DNA of 64,000 nt from Brumimicrobium sp. (GTDB taxonomy: Bacteria > Bacteroidota > Bacteroidia > Flavobacteriales_D > Crocinitomicaceae): assembly GCA_040882265.1 (NCBI GenBank), contig JBBEBO010000157.1, positions 14,778 to 78,777 on the forward strand, in the 5' to 3' direction. The position numbers and the translations under genes were made by a program. The notes beneath the pieces are model-generated. The model was given only the letters and a program-made list of their open reading frames with translations, was not told where the DNA came from and did not search any database. Below are positions 39,809 through 49,226 of this stretch, piece after piece. The first letter of the stretch is position 1. Each line of letters starts with the position of its first letter.

Positions 39809-40829
39809 AATCAAAACCAGTTACATAAGTTGGTTTTGAAAATTTTTCCTTCTTTTCAGAATTATTTTTTATTACTAAGTCGACTTCGTGAGTACCATTA
39901 ATCTTATTTAAAAGCCCCCAATTGATTTTCTTTTTTAATTTTTTATAAATTAGGTCTTTAGTATCTACCCACCAAACCATTGTGTTTTTGTCTTCTTTTT
40001 CTAAAATCCCTTCAAATAACTCTTCCATATATTTTGCTTCACTTTCCTTTGCCCAAACAGTATCTACAACTGTAAATTTATGTGCCGCTGGTCGAACCAC
40101 CTTTCGGACACCTGGAACATAGGGGATAATACTCATTAAAAAGCTTTTCCTTTTACCTGGCAATCTTTCTATTACCCATTCAGCACTATGTGTTTTAGCA
40201 AACGCAACTGTTTCACCCTCTTTAACAAGTTCATAAAACGGACTTTCATTAAAAGTATGATGATCAAAATACAGTGGAAGATTTGAGAATTCTTGTTTGA
40301 TTTTTTCTTTTATAAAAGTCAAATCGTCTGCTACAACAACGTCGTCTTTTCTTTTTGGTCTCACGCGACTGAACGTTTGTGTTGCGATTTTTGCAACAGT
40401 ATAAAATCCAAAGTTTTGACTCATCCATAAAGAACGTTCATTCCTTGGGTCAATGTATGCGTATAGCAACTTTGGAGAGTCTTCTCCTTGATCAAAAACA
40501 TCCGCAAAGAATGATTGAATAATTGTTTTTAGCTTATTCGTTTTTGTTTTAGGTTTTACTTTGGTTTTTTGATTTGTTTGCATCTTGGGATCAAATGCAA
40601 AATAACGTACATACCAGCCAACTTCTCTACGACAAAGAGTCAAATTACCTAATATTTTTTCAGACCTTTCAAGATTTAAGTACAATGGTTTATATAGATT
40701 CTTTATTCTTTGTTCTATGTTTCTATGTCTATATCTTGCTCCATTTGAGCCAAGTGTAACAGTTTTTAGCAAATTGAGAATTTCACTTGAGTAGTTGTCA
40801 CGTATATAAAATGGAGGATCTACTTTCAT
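39801..40829 (-). CDS. Hypothetical protein, possible tandem GNAT-like fold
   Basis: 342-aa ORF; 'YAYIDPRNERSLWMSQNFGF' resembles GNAT motif B. Confidence 0.5.
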   Translation of the reverse strand: MKVDPPFYIRDNYSSEILNLLKTVTLGSNGARYRHRNIEQRIKNLYKPLYLNLERSEKILGNLTLCRREVGWYVRYFAFDPKMQTNQKTKVKPKTKTNKLKTIIQSFFADVFDQGEDSPKLLYAYIDPRNERSLWMSQNFGFYTVAKIATQTFSRVRPKRKDDVVVADDLTFIKEKIKQEFSNLPLYFDHHTFNESPFYELVKEGETVAFAKTHSAEWVIERLPGKRKSFLMSIIPYVPGVRKVVRPAAHKFTVVDTVWAKESEAKYMEELFEGILEKEDKNTMVWWVDTKDLIYKKLKKKINWGLLNKINGTHEVDLVIKNNSEKKEKFSKPTYVTGFDFI

Positions 40830-41024
40830 TTAAATTGTTATTAAAGGTTCTGTTTTAAATATTCATTGTTAAAATTTGTTCAGCTTTTTGTGGTGTTTTG
40901 CTTATTTACGTTCACTAAGTCTTGATAAGTTGCTCAAACTTTGCGAATCTTAGTTTTTTGCATTAAATTACTGTTTTTATCAACTTAAAATCCAAAAGTG
41001 TATGTTAATCTATGCTAATCTTGA

Positions 41025-41657
41025 TTAGATGATGGTAAAAAGCGAAGATTTTTCACGCCTTACTTTTGAAATTGAACTATACTTATCGTCTGGAGACCTA
41101 AAACCTATTGGACATAGAACAACTGCATTTAAGCCAAGTGTATTTAAGCCTAAAAATTGGTTTAACTCTGTTCGTTTAAATCCTTCCATTGGGCAAGAAT
41201 CAATTTTTTCTGCAGCGCAAACGGCCATTAAGTTTCCCAACGCAATGTAGACTTGATTTTCCATCCAAGCTTCTTGTTGTGGCTGAGGCAGACTAAGACT
41301 ATTGCGCAACATTTGTTCGTAGTTTCTGATCGTTGGACTATCTTCGTCAAGTTCTCTTACACTTCGTGTTCTTTCAACAAAAGATAGAATATCTGCTTCT
41401 TCAACACTAGTTTTTCTACATAAAACAATAAGTTGAGAGCAATCCCTTACCTGAGATTGATTAAATGCAAAGGGTACAATCTGTTCTTTGAGTTCTTGGT
41501 TTTCAATAATGATAAACTTCATTAACTGCAACCCCATAGATGTTGGAGTAAGTTGTAACCCCTCCTTAACACGGTCTAATTGTGCACTACTTAGTTTTGT
41601 TTTTGGATCAAAACTTTTTACTGCATACCTCCATTTTAAAGATTTAATTATATCCAT
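41025..41657 (-). CDS. NAD(P)H-dependent nitroreductase (NfsB-like)
   Basis: KWRYAVKSFD, PTSMGLQ, YIALGNL, DSCPMEGF and K-x-R at the C-terminus. Confidence 0.92.
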   Translation of the reverse strand: MDIIKSLKWRYAVKSFDPKTKLSSAQLDRVKEGLQLTPTSMGLQLMKFIIIENQELKEQIVPFAFNQSQVRDCSQLIVLCRKTSVEEADILSFVERTRSVRELDEDSPTIRNYEQMLRNSLSLPQPQQEAWMENQVYIALGNLMAVCAAEKIDSCPMEGFKRTELNQFLGLNTLGLNAVVLCPIGFRSPDDKYSSISKVRREKSSLFTII

Positions 41658-41785
41658 TATTTTTAATGCTTCTTTATTAAAATGTAAAAATAGTTCATCA
41701 CAATTTATAAATACTATTGACAGAAAACGAAATTCGATTATATTTGTTCGATACGAAATTGGAATACATCCTTAATTACGAAATT

Positions 41786-42169
41786 ATGTCAAAAGAAAAA
41801 ACAAGATACTCAGACGAAGAATTAAACGAATTCAAAGAAATAATTTTAGGAAAGTTAGAAGAAGCGAAAGAAGACTTAGAACTACTTAAAAACTCTTTGT
41901 CTCATAAAGATGATCACGGAACTGATGATACAGGACGGACTTTCAATATGATGGAAGACGGATCTGAAACTTTATCTAGAGAGGAAATGGCTCAGTTAGC
42001 TTCTCGACAAGAAAAGTTTGTCCAAAGCCTCAATAATGCACTCGTGCGTATTGAAAATAAAACTTATGGTATTTGTAGAGTAACAGGAAAACTTATCCAA
42101 AAAGAACGTTTAAAATTAGTTCCTCACGCAACACTTAGTATAGAAGCTAAGAATCAACAAAACGAATAA
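41786..42169 (+). CDS. DksA/TraR family protein (single-Cys type)
   Basis: Coiled coil plus 'ALVRIENKTYGICRVTGKLIQKERLKLVPHATLSIEAK'. ATG at 41786 preferred because a TATATTTG element lies at 41739-41746. Confidence 0.9.
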   Translation: MSKEKTRYSDEELNEFKEIILGKLEEAKEDLELLKNSLSHKDDHGTDDTGRTFNMMEDGSETLSREEMAQLASRQEKFVQSLNNALVRIENKTYGICRVTGKLIQKERLKLVPHATLSIEAKNQQNE

Positions 42170-42173
42170 AGCG

Positions 42174-42851
42174 TTGAGAAAAAGATATTTAATCACATTC
42201 AGTGTTGTACTTTTTGTTCTAATATTAGACCAAGCAGTTAAGATTTGGGTAAAAACAAGTTTTTCATACGACGATCCAAGTGTAAACTTACTAGGAGATT
42301 GGTTCAAATTAAATTATGTTGAAAATCAAGGAATGGCTTTTGGAGCAACCCTTGGTGGAGGCATGTGGGGGAAATTATTACTTTCAATATTCCGAATTGT
42401 AGCTATATCAGCAATAACTTATTACATTGTTAAACAAATTAAAACCAAAGTACGGTTAGAGTTTTTAATTGTTACGGGGTTAATTCTTGCTGGTGCTACA
42501 GGGAATTTAATTGATTCAATGTTTTATGATTACATATTTAGTGATTATTTTGACCCTTGTATTTCTTTTAATCAACTTCAAGGCTCTGGCAACTGGGCAG
42601 AATGCGATTACGGTTATGGGCATACTCAATCCGTAGAAGTTCGACACCATGGGTTTTTATTTGGAAATGTAGTAGATATGTTTCAATTTGATGCTCACTG
42701 GCCTGAATGGGTGCCTTGGCTGGGTGGGTCACAAGTGTTTCCAGCAATTTGGAATGTTGCTGATGGTGCCATTTCAGTTGGTGTTGTGTTAGTTTTAATT
42801 CGCCAAAAAGTTTACTTTTCAAATGAAAAGAAAAAAGAAGAAGTTGAATAA
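42174..42851 (+). CDS. lspA: Lipoprotein signal peptidase
   Basis: DQAVK, VENQGMAFG, GATGNLID, VVDM and WNVAD; TTG start. Confidence 0.93.
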   Translation: MRKRYLITFSVVLFVLILDQAVKIWVKTSFSYDDPSVNLLGDWFKLNYVENQGMAFGATLGGGMWGKLLLSIFRIVAISAITYYIVKQIKTKVRLEFLIVTGLILAGATGNLIDSMFYDYIFSDYFDPCISFNQLQGSGNWAECDYGYGHTQSVEVRHHGFLFGNVVDMFQFDAHWPEWVPWLGGSQVFPAIWNVADGAISVGVVLVLIRQKVYFSNEKKKEEVE

Positions 42852-42861
42852 GCGATAACTT

Positions 42862-45800
42862 TTATTCATTCTTAAAATATTCTTCTAAAAGAATAAAGAA
42901 AGTAGTCCCTTTACCTTTTTCTGTTTCAAACCATATTTCACCATTGTGATTGTTGATGATTTGCTTTACCATTGCTAGACCCAAACCAGCTCCCGTGGAT
43001 TTCGTTGTGAAATTTGGAACAAAAATTTTGTTTTTAACTTCATCAGAAATACCATCTCCATTATCTTTTATACGTATAAGAAAACGATCATTTTCTCTTT
43101 CTATTTTTATTGAAATTTGTGGTGTTTGATCTTCAGCTGTAGCTTGAATGGCATTCTTTATTAAATTGTTAAAAACACGAATAATTAGATCTTTATCAAC
43201 AAAAACAACAGCATCTTTAAGAGTTGTATTTAATGAAATATCAACGGCTTCCGATTGATATAGGTTAATTACATTTTCAATTAATGGGATGAGGTTTATA
43301 CGTTGTTCGTTTGCCTTGGGCATTTTCGCAAAGTTTGAAAATTCATTGGCGATTTTTGTAAGAATATCTATTTGCTCAACTAGTGAATCTGCAATGCGAT
43401 TAATTTTCTCTTGAGCATTTTCAGCGGTTGGATCAAAGGAGCGTTGGAAATGTTGTAAACTAAGTCGCATTGGTGTCAAAGGATTCTTAATTTCGTGTGC
43501 AACCTGCTTTGCCATTTCTCGCCAAGCTGTTTCTCGCTCACTTCTTGCCAGCTGCATGGCTTTAAGTTCTAACTCTGCGAGTTTGTCGTTGTAATCTTTA
43601 ACAAGTGCTCCAATTTCATCATCACCCTTATATGCAATAGGTTGATTTTGTTTTCCAAGCTCTACATTTTTAAAACTTTCTTGAATCAGTCGTAAAGGTG
43701 TTGTAATCCAACTTGAAACAAATATGGCAATAACCACAGTAATCACAAGTAACAAAACAGCAATGTTTATAATTGTAACAATAAAATCATTCACTTGATT
43801 TTCGTAAGCATTTTGCTTAGCAAAATGTTGTAAGTTTAAATAACCTAACAGCTTGCCTTGATTGTTTATAAAAGGTAAATAAGCAGAAAGATATTCTAAT
43901 TCACCGATAACTTCTTGATGTATAAATTCACTTTTCCTATCAAAACTCATTGCTTTATATGCATTTGAGTTCATGTGTTCTGCATTAATACCTTTTTCAT
44001 ATAACTTAGGTTGAGAACTTGCCAACAAACCACCATTTAGGTCATATAAGTTGATGTCTGTTACGAACACAGTAGAAAACTTTTTAAGAATATATTGCAT
44101 ATAATTTCCGAGAATATCTCTATCCAATTCATCTTTGTCTCCTAACTTTTGACTGACCTCCGTTTCAACTGAATTGGCTTTTTCTTTTAAATTATCATGG
44201 CTATACCTATGGTATTGATTGCGCGTATAATTTCCAGCTACAAAAGCAAAAACAACGAATGAAACAACTACGATTCCAATGAGTACCAATTGTATTTTGA
44301 ATGATAACTGTAGACTTTTTACTTGTATGATCTTGTTGCGTTGATTAAACAAAAGAATTAGCATTGAAAAAATCCCAAAGAATAAAAACAAATAGGAAAA
44401 AGTGGTCATTTTTTCAATTAAACGTTTTTCAGATTTTGATATAATTACCGTTTGGTTACCTTCTTTTTGATAGATATAATGGCTGACATTTTCACTACTC
44501 GTGAACCCATTTTCTAGCTTATATTTGTTTGTAAAATTATCTTGCCTCGTTGGGTAGTTGAAATTTCCAAACCGCATTACCAGCTTTCCGTTTGAATATC
44601 TTGCAATTGAGTAGTCTTCTAAGTCTTTTAGTGCGTATGATGTTTCATTCATTAACAATCTTGGAAATCCAATTTGTTCTGGTATTTTCTTTGACCTGAA
44701 TAAAATAAATAAAGTTATTTTTTCTCCAGATTTGCTTTTTAATGGCTGTTTTGCAACATAACTCAACCTATCATAATAGTTTTCTATAAAATAAAGTGCC
44801 TCAGAAAAAGAGGATTTCATTCCATTATTTTTTACGATTTCTTCTAGTTCATCATAACTTATGGTTTGATTAGAAATATAATTGATAATAGGTTCTGTTG
44901 CTTCATCAAACAAGAAGTAGTTCATCTCATATCGCTCCCAAAAAGAATTTAAACAACACTCTTCAAGTCTATCTGCGTATTTTTGAGCTGAATATTCTTT
45001 AGAATCATCCAACATTTCCTTAAAGGTGGAATCCTTCTTTATTTGTTCAACTGTGGAAAGATACTCTATTTCAGTTGTTGGGTCTTGATCAGTAACGAGT
45101 TGGTTTGCATAAAGATCTCTTTTTTGATATTCATTTGATTGATTGCTTTCGAATAATATAAATGCCGCATAAAAACTGACAACGACCAGTACAATAAGTT
45201 GGTATTTAAGTGCTAATTGATTTTGTTTTTTTGAAGCAATAAAAAACAGGATTGCATTGAGTAAGATTGGCCAAAGTGCATTGTAAATGTTTTTCTGAAA
45301 AAAGAAAATTTCTGCAATAAAATAGGTTACACCAGTTAAAAACCAAAGAAGCGCTAAGTGATTTAACTGGATTTTGGAGTTCACTAATTTTCTAATAATG
45401 ACTCGAGCTAATACGTAATAACCTAAAAACAACGCAGCAATAATAACCAAAGCGACAAAGGAGTATATGCTTAAAGAAAAAACTTCATCTATCACCAATG
45501 AAATAGTACTGTTTAATACTAAAGACTCGAAAAGCCAGCTGATAAAATAAGAGCATGGAAATAAACCTAAATACAAGAGTATCAATAAATAGTTGATTTT
45601 TCTATTGGAGTTTTCGTGACTTACGACTAGTCTATAAATCCACCATACGATAACCAATAGACAACCTATGCTAATAACTAAACTTCCAAGATTTGGAAAA
45701 AGTTCAGAACTAGCATACAGTTTTGGATTGTAAATTTCGAATTCTGAAAATAGTTGTATCCATGAGTTTTTTATAGAAATCCATCTTAAAATCAATATTG

Positions 45801-46527
45801 TAATTGGATAAGTAATAATTAACCAAGGACGTTTAGAAGTGAAGGGTAATAAAAACTTTGCTAAAGCAGTTAATAAACACAACAAACCAATTACGTATAG
45901 CCCAAAAATTAGAAGCTGCTTATAATCACTTATTGATTTTGTTTTCGTAAATGAAATGTAAAAAAGAGGCTTTCCATTGACATCATTAATCACACTTGTC
46001 TCTTTTTTGTTTTTTACATACAACTTGATGTTGTCGGGCAGCGATAGTTTTTTTGTTAAAGTATTTTTTAGGCTTGTATTTTCATAATAATAGTTGTGTT
46101 TTATCTTTGAACTAACAACTAAGGTGAGATCGTGAACTCTTTTCACATAGACCAAATAAAAACCATTAGACAGTTCTAATACTTTAGGTACTTTAAGTTC
46201 AAATATTTCTTTTAGCTGTTGTTTTAAAGGAGCTTTATTGTTATTCCAAAAAATAAGTGAATCTGAATTGTAGAGATTAATAGAAAACTTTGTACCAGTT
46301 AAGTTTTTATTTTCCCATAAATCATTAACGGTTGAAGTAGAAATAATTTTAGAACTATAGTCAAGAAATTGATGCTGTTCATTTTGTAACTCTATAATTG
46401 AGTTTTGAAATTGCTCCTTTTCTTTTTCAAGATCAGTGTTAAAAAAAACACTATAAAATATCCATGAAAGTAAAATGCTTACAATCGCAACGAATAACCA
46501 ACTATACTGTAATGACTTTGTTTTCAC
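42862..46527 (-). CDS. Large multi-TM HAMP sensor histidine kinase (NtrY-like)
   Basis: Many TMs; HAMP 'DDEIGALV'; H-box AHEIKNPLTP; NLIKNA; DNGDG; GAGLGL; GTG start. Confidence 0.9.
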   Translation of the reverse strand: MKTKSLQYSWLFVAIVSILLSWIFYSVFFNTDLEKEKEQFQNSIIELQNEQHQFLDYSSKIISTSTVNDLWENKNLTGTKFSINLYNSDSLIFWNNNKAPLKQQLKEIFELKVPKVLELSNGFYLVYVKRVHDLTLVVSSKIKHNYYYENTSLKNTLTKKLSLPDNIKLYVKNKKETSVINDVNGKPLFYISFTKTKSISDYKQLLIFGLYVIGLLCLLTALAKFLLPFTSKRPWLIITYPITILILRWISIKNSWIQLFSEFEIYNPKLYASSELFPNLGSLVISIGCLLVIVWWIYRLVVSHENSNRKINYLLILLYLGLFPCSYFISWLFESLVLNSTISLVIDEVFSLSIYSFVALVIIAALFLGYYVLARVIIRKLVNSKIQLNHLALLWFLTGVTYFIAEIFFFQKNIYNALWPILLNAILFFIASKKQNQLALKYQLIVLVVVSFYAAFILFESNQSNEYQKRDLYANQLVTDQDPTTEIEYLSTVEQIKKDSTFKEMLDDSKEYSAQKYADRLEECCLNSFWERYEMNYFLFDEATEPIINYISNQTISYDELEEIVKNNGMKSSFSEALYFIENYYDRLSYVAKQPLKSKSGEKITLFILFRSKKIPEQIGFPRLLMNETSYALKDLEDYSIARYSNGKLVMRFGNFNYPTRQDNFTNKYKLENGFTSSENVSHYIYQKEGNQTVIISKSEKRLIEKMTTFSYLFLFFGIFSMLILLFNQRNKIIQVKSLQLSFKIQLVLIGIVVVSFVVFAFVAGNYTRNQYHRYSHDNLKEKANSVETEVSQKLGDKDELDRDILGNYMQYILKKFSTVFVTDINLYDLNGGLLASSQPKLYEKGINAEHMNSNAYKAMSFDRKSEFIHQEVIGELEYLSAYLPFINNQGKLLGYLNLQHFAKQNAYENQVNDFIVTIINIAVLLLVITVVIAIFVSSWITTPLRLIQESFKNVELGKQNQPIAYKGDDEIGALVKDYNDKLAELELKAMQLARSERETAWREMAKQVAHEIKNPLTPMRLSLQHFQRSFDPTAENAQEKINRIADSLVEQIDILTKIANEFSNFAKMPKANEQRINLIPLIENVINLYQSEAVDISLNTTLKDAVVFVDKDLIIRVFNNLIKNAIQATAEDQTPQISIKIERENDRFLIRIKDNGDGISDEVKNKIFVPNFTTKSTGAGLGLAMVKQIINNHNGEIWFETEKGKGTTFFILLEEYFKNE

Positions 46528-46556
46528 CTAATACAAAGCTACTTATTTCAATCGAT

Positions 46557-47180
46557 TTATATAACTTTCTCTTTTGGTAAAATTTCTTCAAGTACAAGAA
46601 GCAATCTTTTAAAATCACTTTCTGAACGACTATCGTTATGATAAATGAAGTCAGCTTTTGTTTCGTGCGGTGCTAAAAATTGATCATAACAGGGAATCAC
46701 ATGGTTTTCCCATTGGTATAAGATTTCAGAGCGCGTATATCCTCTCGACTCTTGGTCACGATAAATACGTCTGTCAAGTTGTATAGCTGGATCTACATCA
46801 ACAAAAATACTGAAATCCAGCATTTTATATACTTTTTCGTATTCAAAAACAAATAAACCTTCTACTATAATTAAATCTGAAGGGTCGATGGTAATAAGGA
46901 CATGTTTATTATTCCCAGCGTTAAATTGATATTCAAAAACCTCTATACTTTCACCGCTGATTAATTTTTTTAGGTCACTCTCAAGCTTTTCTTGGTTGAG
47001 TGCTGTTGGAAGGTCGAAATTTACAACACCATTATTGTCTTTAATTTGCTCTTCAATTGGTTTGTAATAATTGTCCATTGAAAACACAGAGGGTGAATAA
47101 TTGCTATAATGTTCTGACAATCGATTCAACAATGTTGTCTTCCCAGATCCACTTCCACCACAAATACCGATTACCGTCAT
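46557..47180 (-). CDS. udk: Uridine kinase
   Basis: GICGGSGSGKTT, MDNYY, NFDLP and IVEGLF. Confidence 0.88.
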   Translation of the reverse strand: MTVIGICGGSGSGKTTLLNRLSEHYSNYSPSVFSMDNYYKPIEEQIKDNNGVVNFDLPTALNQEKLESDLKKLISGESIEVFEYQFNAGNNKHVLITIDPSDLIIVEGLFVFEYEKVYKMLDFSIFVDVDPAIQLDRRIYRDQESRGYTRSEILYQWENHVIPCYDQFLAPHETKADFIYHNDSRSESDFKRLLLVLEEILPKEKVI

Positions 47181-47182
47181 AA

Positions 47183-48415
47183 TTATTGTTCATTAAACAC
47201 GACCTTCTTTGATTGTCCTAATTGATTCAAATCAAAAGAATAAGTTTTATCACCAACTAAGTGAACAAAATTAGTGGATTTATTTTCTAAAGAGGGTCTT
47301 GAGGGATTAATTTGTAAAATATTTAGGTTAAGATTTTTAGATTTATAGTGTTCGATTTTTGAATTATATTCACTGTAAACGTTAGTTTTTCCTTCTATTT
47401 CACTTAAAATCAACACCCTATTTAGGCAGTCAATCCACTTAATTTTTGCATTATATTTTCTTGATTTATCAGCTGGATTATTACACTCATTAAGAACATC
47501 AATTTCACCATCTTGATCTGCTCCGAATATTTTCACGCATTTATCTGTTTCATCATTGGCAACATAATAAAAGCGATTATTTGCGTATAGTCCTACGCCA
47601 AAACGTTCAATTACTTTTTTATTAAGTACTTTTTGATAATATGAGCCACATAAATTATGATTTATAATTTCAGAATAAATAGGGTTGAAATCAGTACCTA
47701 GAGAAAAACTGTATTCATTCCCTTGTTTTGCTTTTGGAGTGATTGGATAGAAATGTACACGGTGTTTTCCTCCTTGTTTTATTAATCGTGAAAAATATAT
47801 GTTTTCTTCATCACTTCCAGCATAGTTAAACAAACCCTCTTTTCCATCAGCAACAAAATCAGGATGGGTGTTTTTACCTTGAGAATGATACATACGATTG
47901 TTGTGATGCGTAATTGTGACAAAAAAGTTTTCTATAATATTCTTATCTTTAACCTCAAGTGTAAAATGAAACACTAAAGCTTTGGGTGTGTTTACTACTT
48001 CTTCAACCACTAATTCATTTGGAATAGTATATCCATACGATCTAACAACTTTTAATAAATCAAAATTTGTTGAAACAACACTTCCACTTCTATTGATTTG
48101 GATATAGCTGAATTTATTGTTTTCTACTTTAAAATGATCGATAAAATAGATGTAATTGGATGATTCGGATACAATTATAGAGGGTTTGCTATGTGAAGGG
48201 TAAATTAATTTCCTCCAGTTTAACTCTCCTGAATTATCAAATAGCACAATCTCAACATCTCTGACTTTATCTTTTGGATCACTGCTCACCAGTAAAGAAC
48301 CATTGTTTTTCCATTCAACAATCTGATTAAATGGAAATTTCTCAGCTTCAACTTCAATTTGAGCATGTAATTGAACAAAAAACAGTAGAGTAAGACAATA
48401 GAAGATAGCTTTCAT
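47183..48415 (-). CDS. Hypothetical exported protein
   Basis: 410-aa ORF with signal peptide; beta-rich; 2 bp from udk. Confidence 0.65.
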   Translation of the reverse strand: MKAIFYCLTLLFFVQLHAQIEVEAEKFPFNQIVEWKNNGSLLVSSDPKDKVRDVEIVLFDNSGELNWRKLIYPSHSKPSIIVSESSNYIYFIDHFKVENNKFSYIQINRSGSVVSTNFDLLKVVRSYGYTIPNELVVEEVVNTPKALVFHFTLEVKDKNIIENFFVTITHHNNRMYHSQGKNTHPDFVADGKEGLFNYAGSDEENIYFSRLIKQGGKHRVHFYPITPKAKQGNEYSFSLGTDFNPIYSEIINHNLCGSYYQKVLNKKVIERFGVGLYANNRFYYVANDETDKCVKIFGADQDGEIDVLNECNNPADKSRKYNAKIKWIDCLNRVLILSEIEGKTNVYSEYNSKIEHYKSKNLNLNILQINPSRPSLENKSTNFVHLVGDKTYSFDLNQLGQSKKVVFNEQ

Positions 48416-48553
48416 AATATATTGGTGTTGTCATTTTTGCTTAATTTTTGGTATTAAAAATTACTATTAATAACAAAAGAAAGCAAAAGTTTTAAAAAAT
48501 GTTATTTATGACGTAAATTTAGCATTCAATTATTAATTACTAATATTTTTTCT

Positions 48554-49189
48554 ATGTCAAATTTCAAAATTTTTAGCTCATTGGTTGTGATTTCACTAGT
48601 TATTTTTTCATTTCAAAAAGATGAGAATAAAATTAAGACACTCAAAATTGGTGAGCAGGCTCCTATGCAAGGTTATAAAATGAAGTCTACTTCAAATAAT
48701 GAAGAAACATTAAAGACTCTTTCCAAAGAAAAAGGTTTGATTGTAGTTTTCTCTTGTAATACATGTCCCTTCGTTATTGGGAATGATAGTTTTGAAGGTT
48801 GGGAAAGAGATTACAATAACTTAAGTACGATTGCCAACCAAAATGGGCTTGGGTTCGTTTTAGTAAATAGCAATGAAGCTAAACGGAAAAAAGGAGATGG
48901 GTTCGAGGACATGATAGCAAGAGTTAAAGATTATGAATATAAAATGCCTTACGTTTTAGATAAAAAGCACCAATTGGCTGATGCTTTTGGCGCTAAAACT
49001 ACTCCTCATATTTTTATGTTTGACAACAATATGGAATTAATTTATGAGGGAGCAATTGACAACACATGGAAACCTTCTGAAGACGAGGTAAAGCCTTATC
49101 TAATTAATGCAATAAATGCACATGTTGAAGGAAATATAATTGAAATAAACAAAACTGCCCCAAAGGGATGTAGTATAAAACGTATATAG
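48554..49189 (+). CDS. Redoxin/thioredoxin-fold exported protein (AhpC/TSA-like)
   Basis: FSCNTCPFV (CxxC), AKTTPH, YEGAID and C-terminal GCSIK. Confidence 0.9.
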   Translation: MSNFKIFSSLVVISLVIFSFQKDENKIKTLKIGEQAPMQGYKMKSTSNNEETLKTLSKEKGLIVVFSCNTCPFVIGNDSFEGWERDYNNLSTIANQNGLGFVLVNSNEAKRKKGDGFEDMIARVKDYEYKMPYVLDKKHQLADAFGAKTTPHIFMFDNNMELIYEGAIDNTWKPSEDEVKPYLINAINAHVEGNIIEINKTAPKGCSIKRI

Positions 49190-49226
49190 ACAATATAGTT
49201 TGCGCTAAACTATTTAAATTAAAACT

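Noticed and set aside
41723-41738. AAAACGAAATTCGA upstream of the dksA-like gene as a copy of the ssb repeat motif
   Set aside because: Only partial matches with no 10-11 bp phasing; expected by chance in AT-rich DNA.
41717-41785. Longer N-terminus of the DksA-like ORF
   Set aside because: A -7 promoter element (41739-41746) lies inside this stretch, so 41786 is the likelier start.
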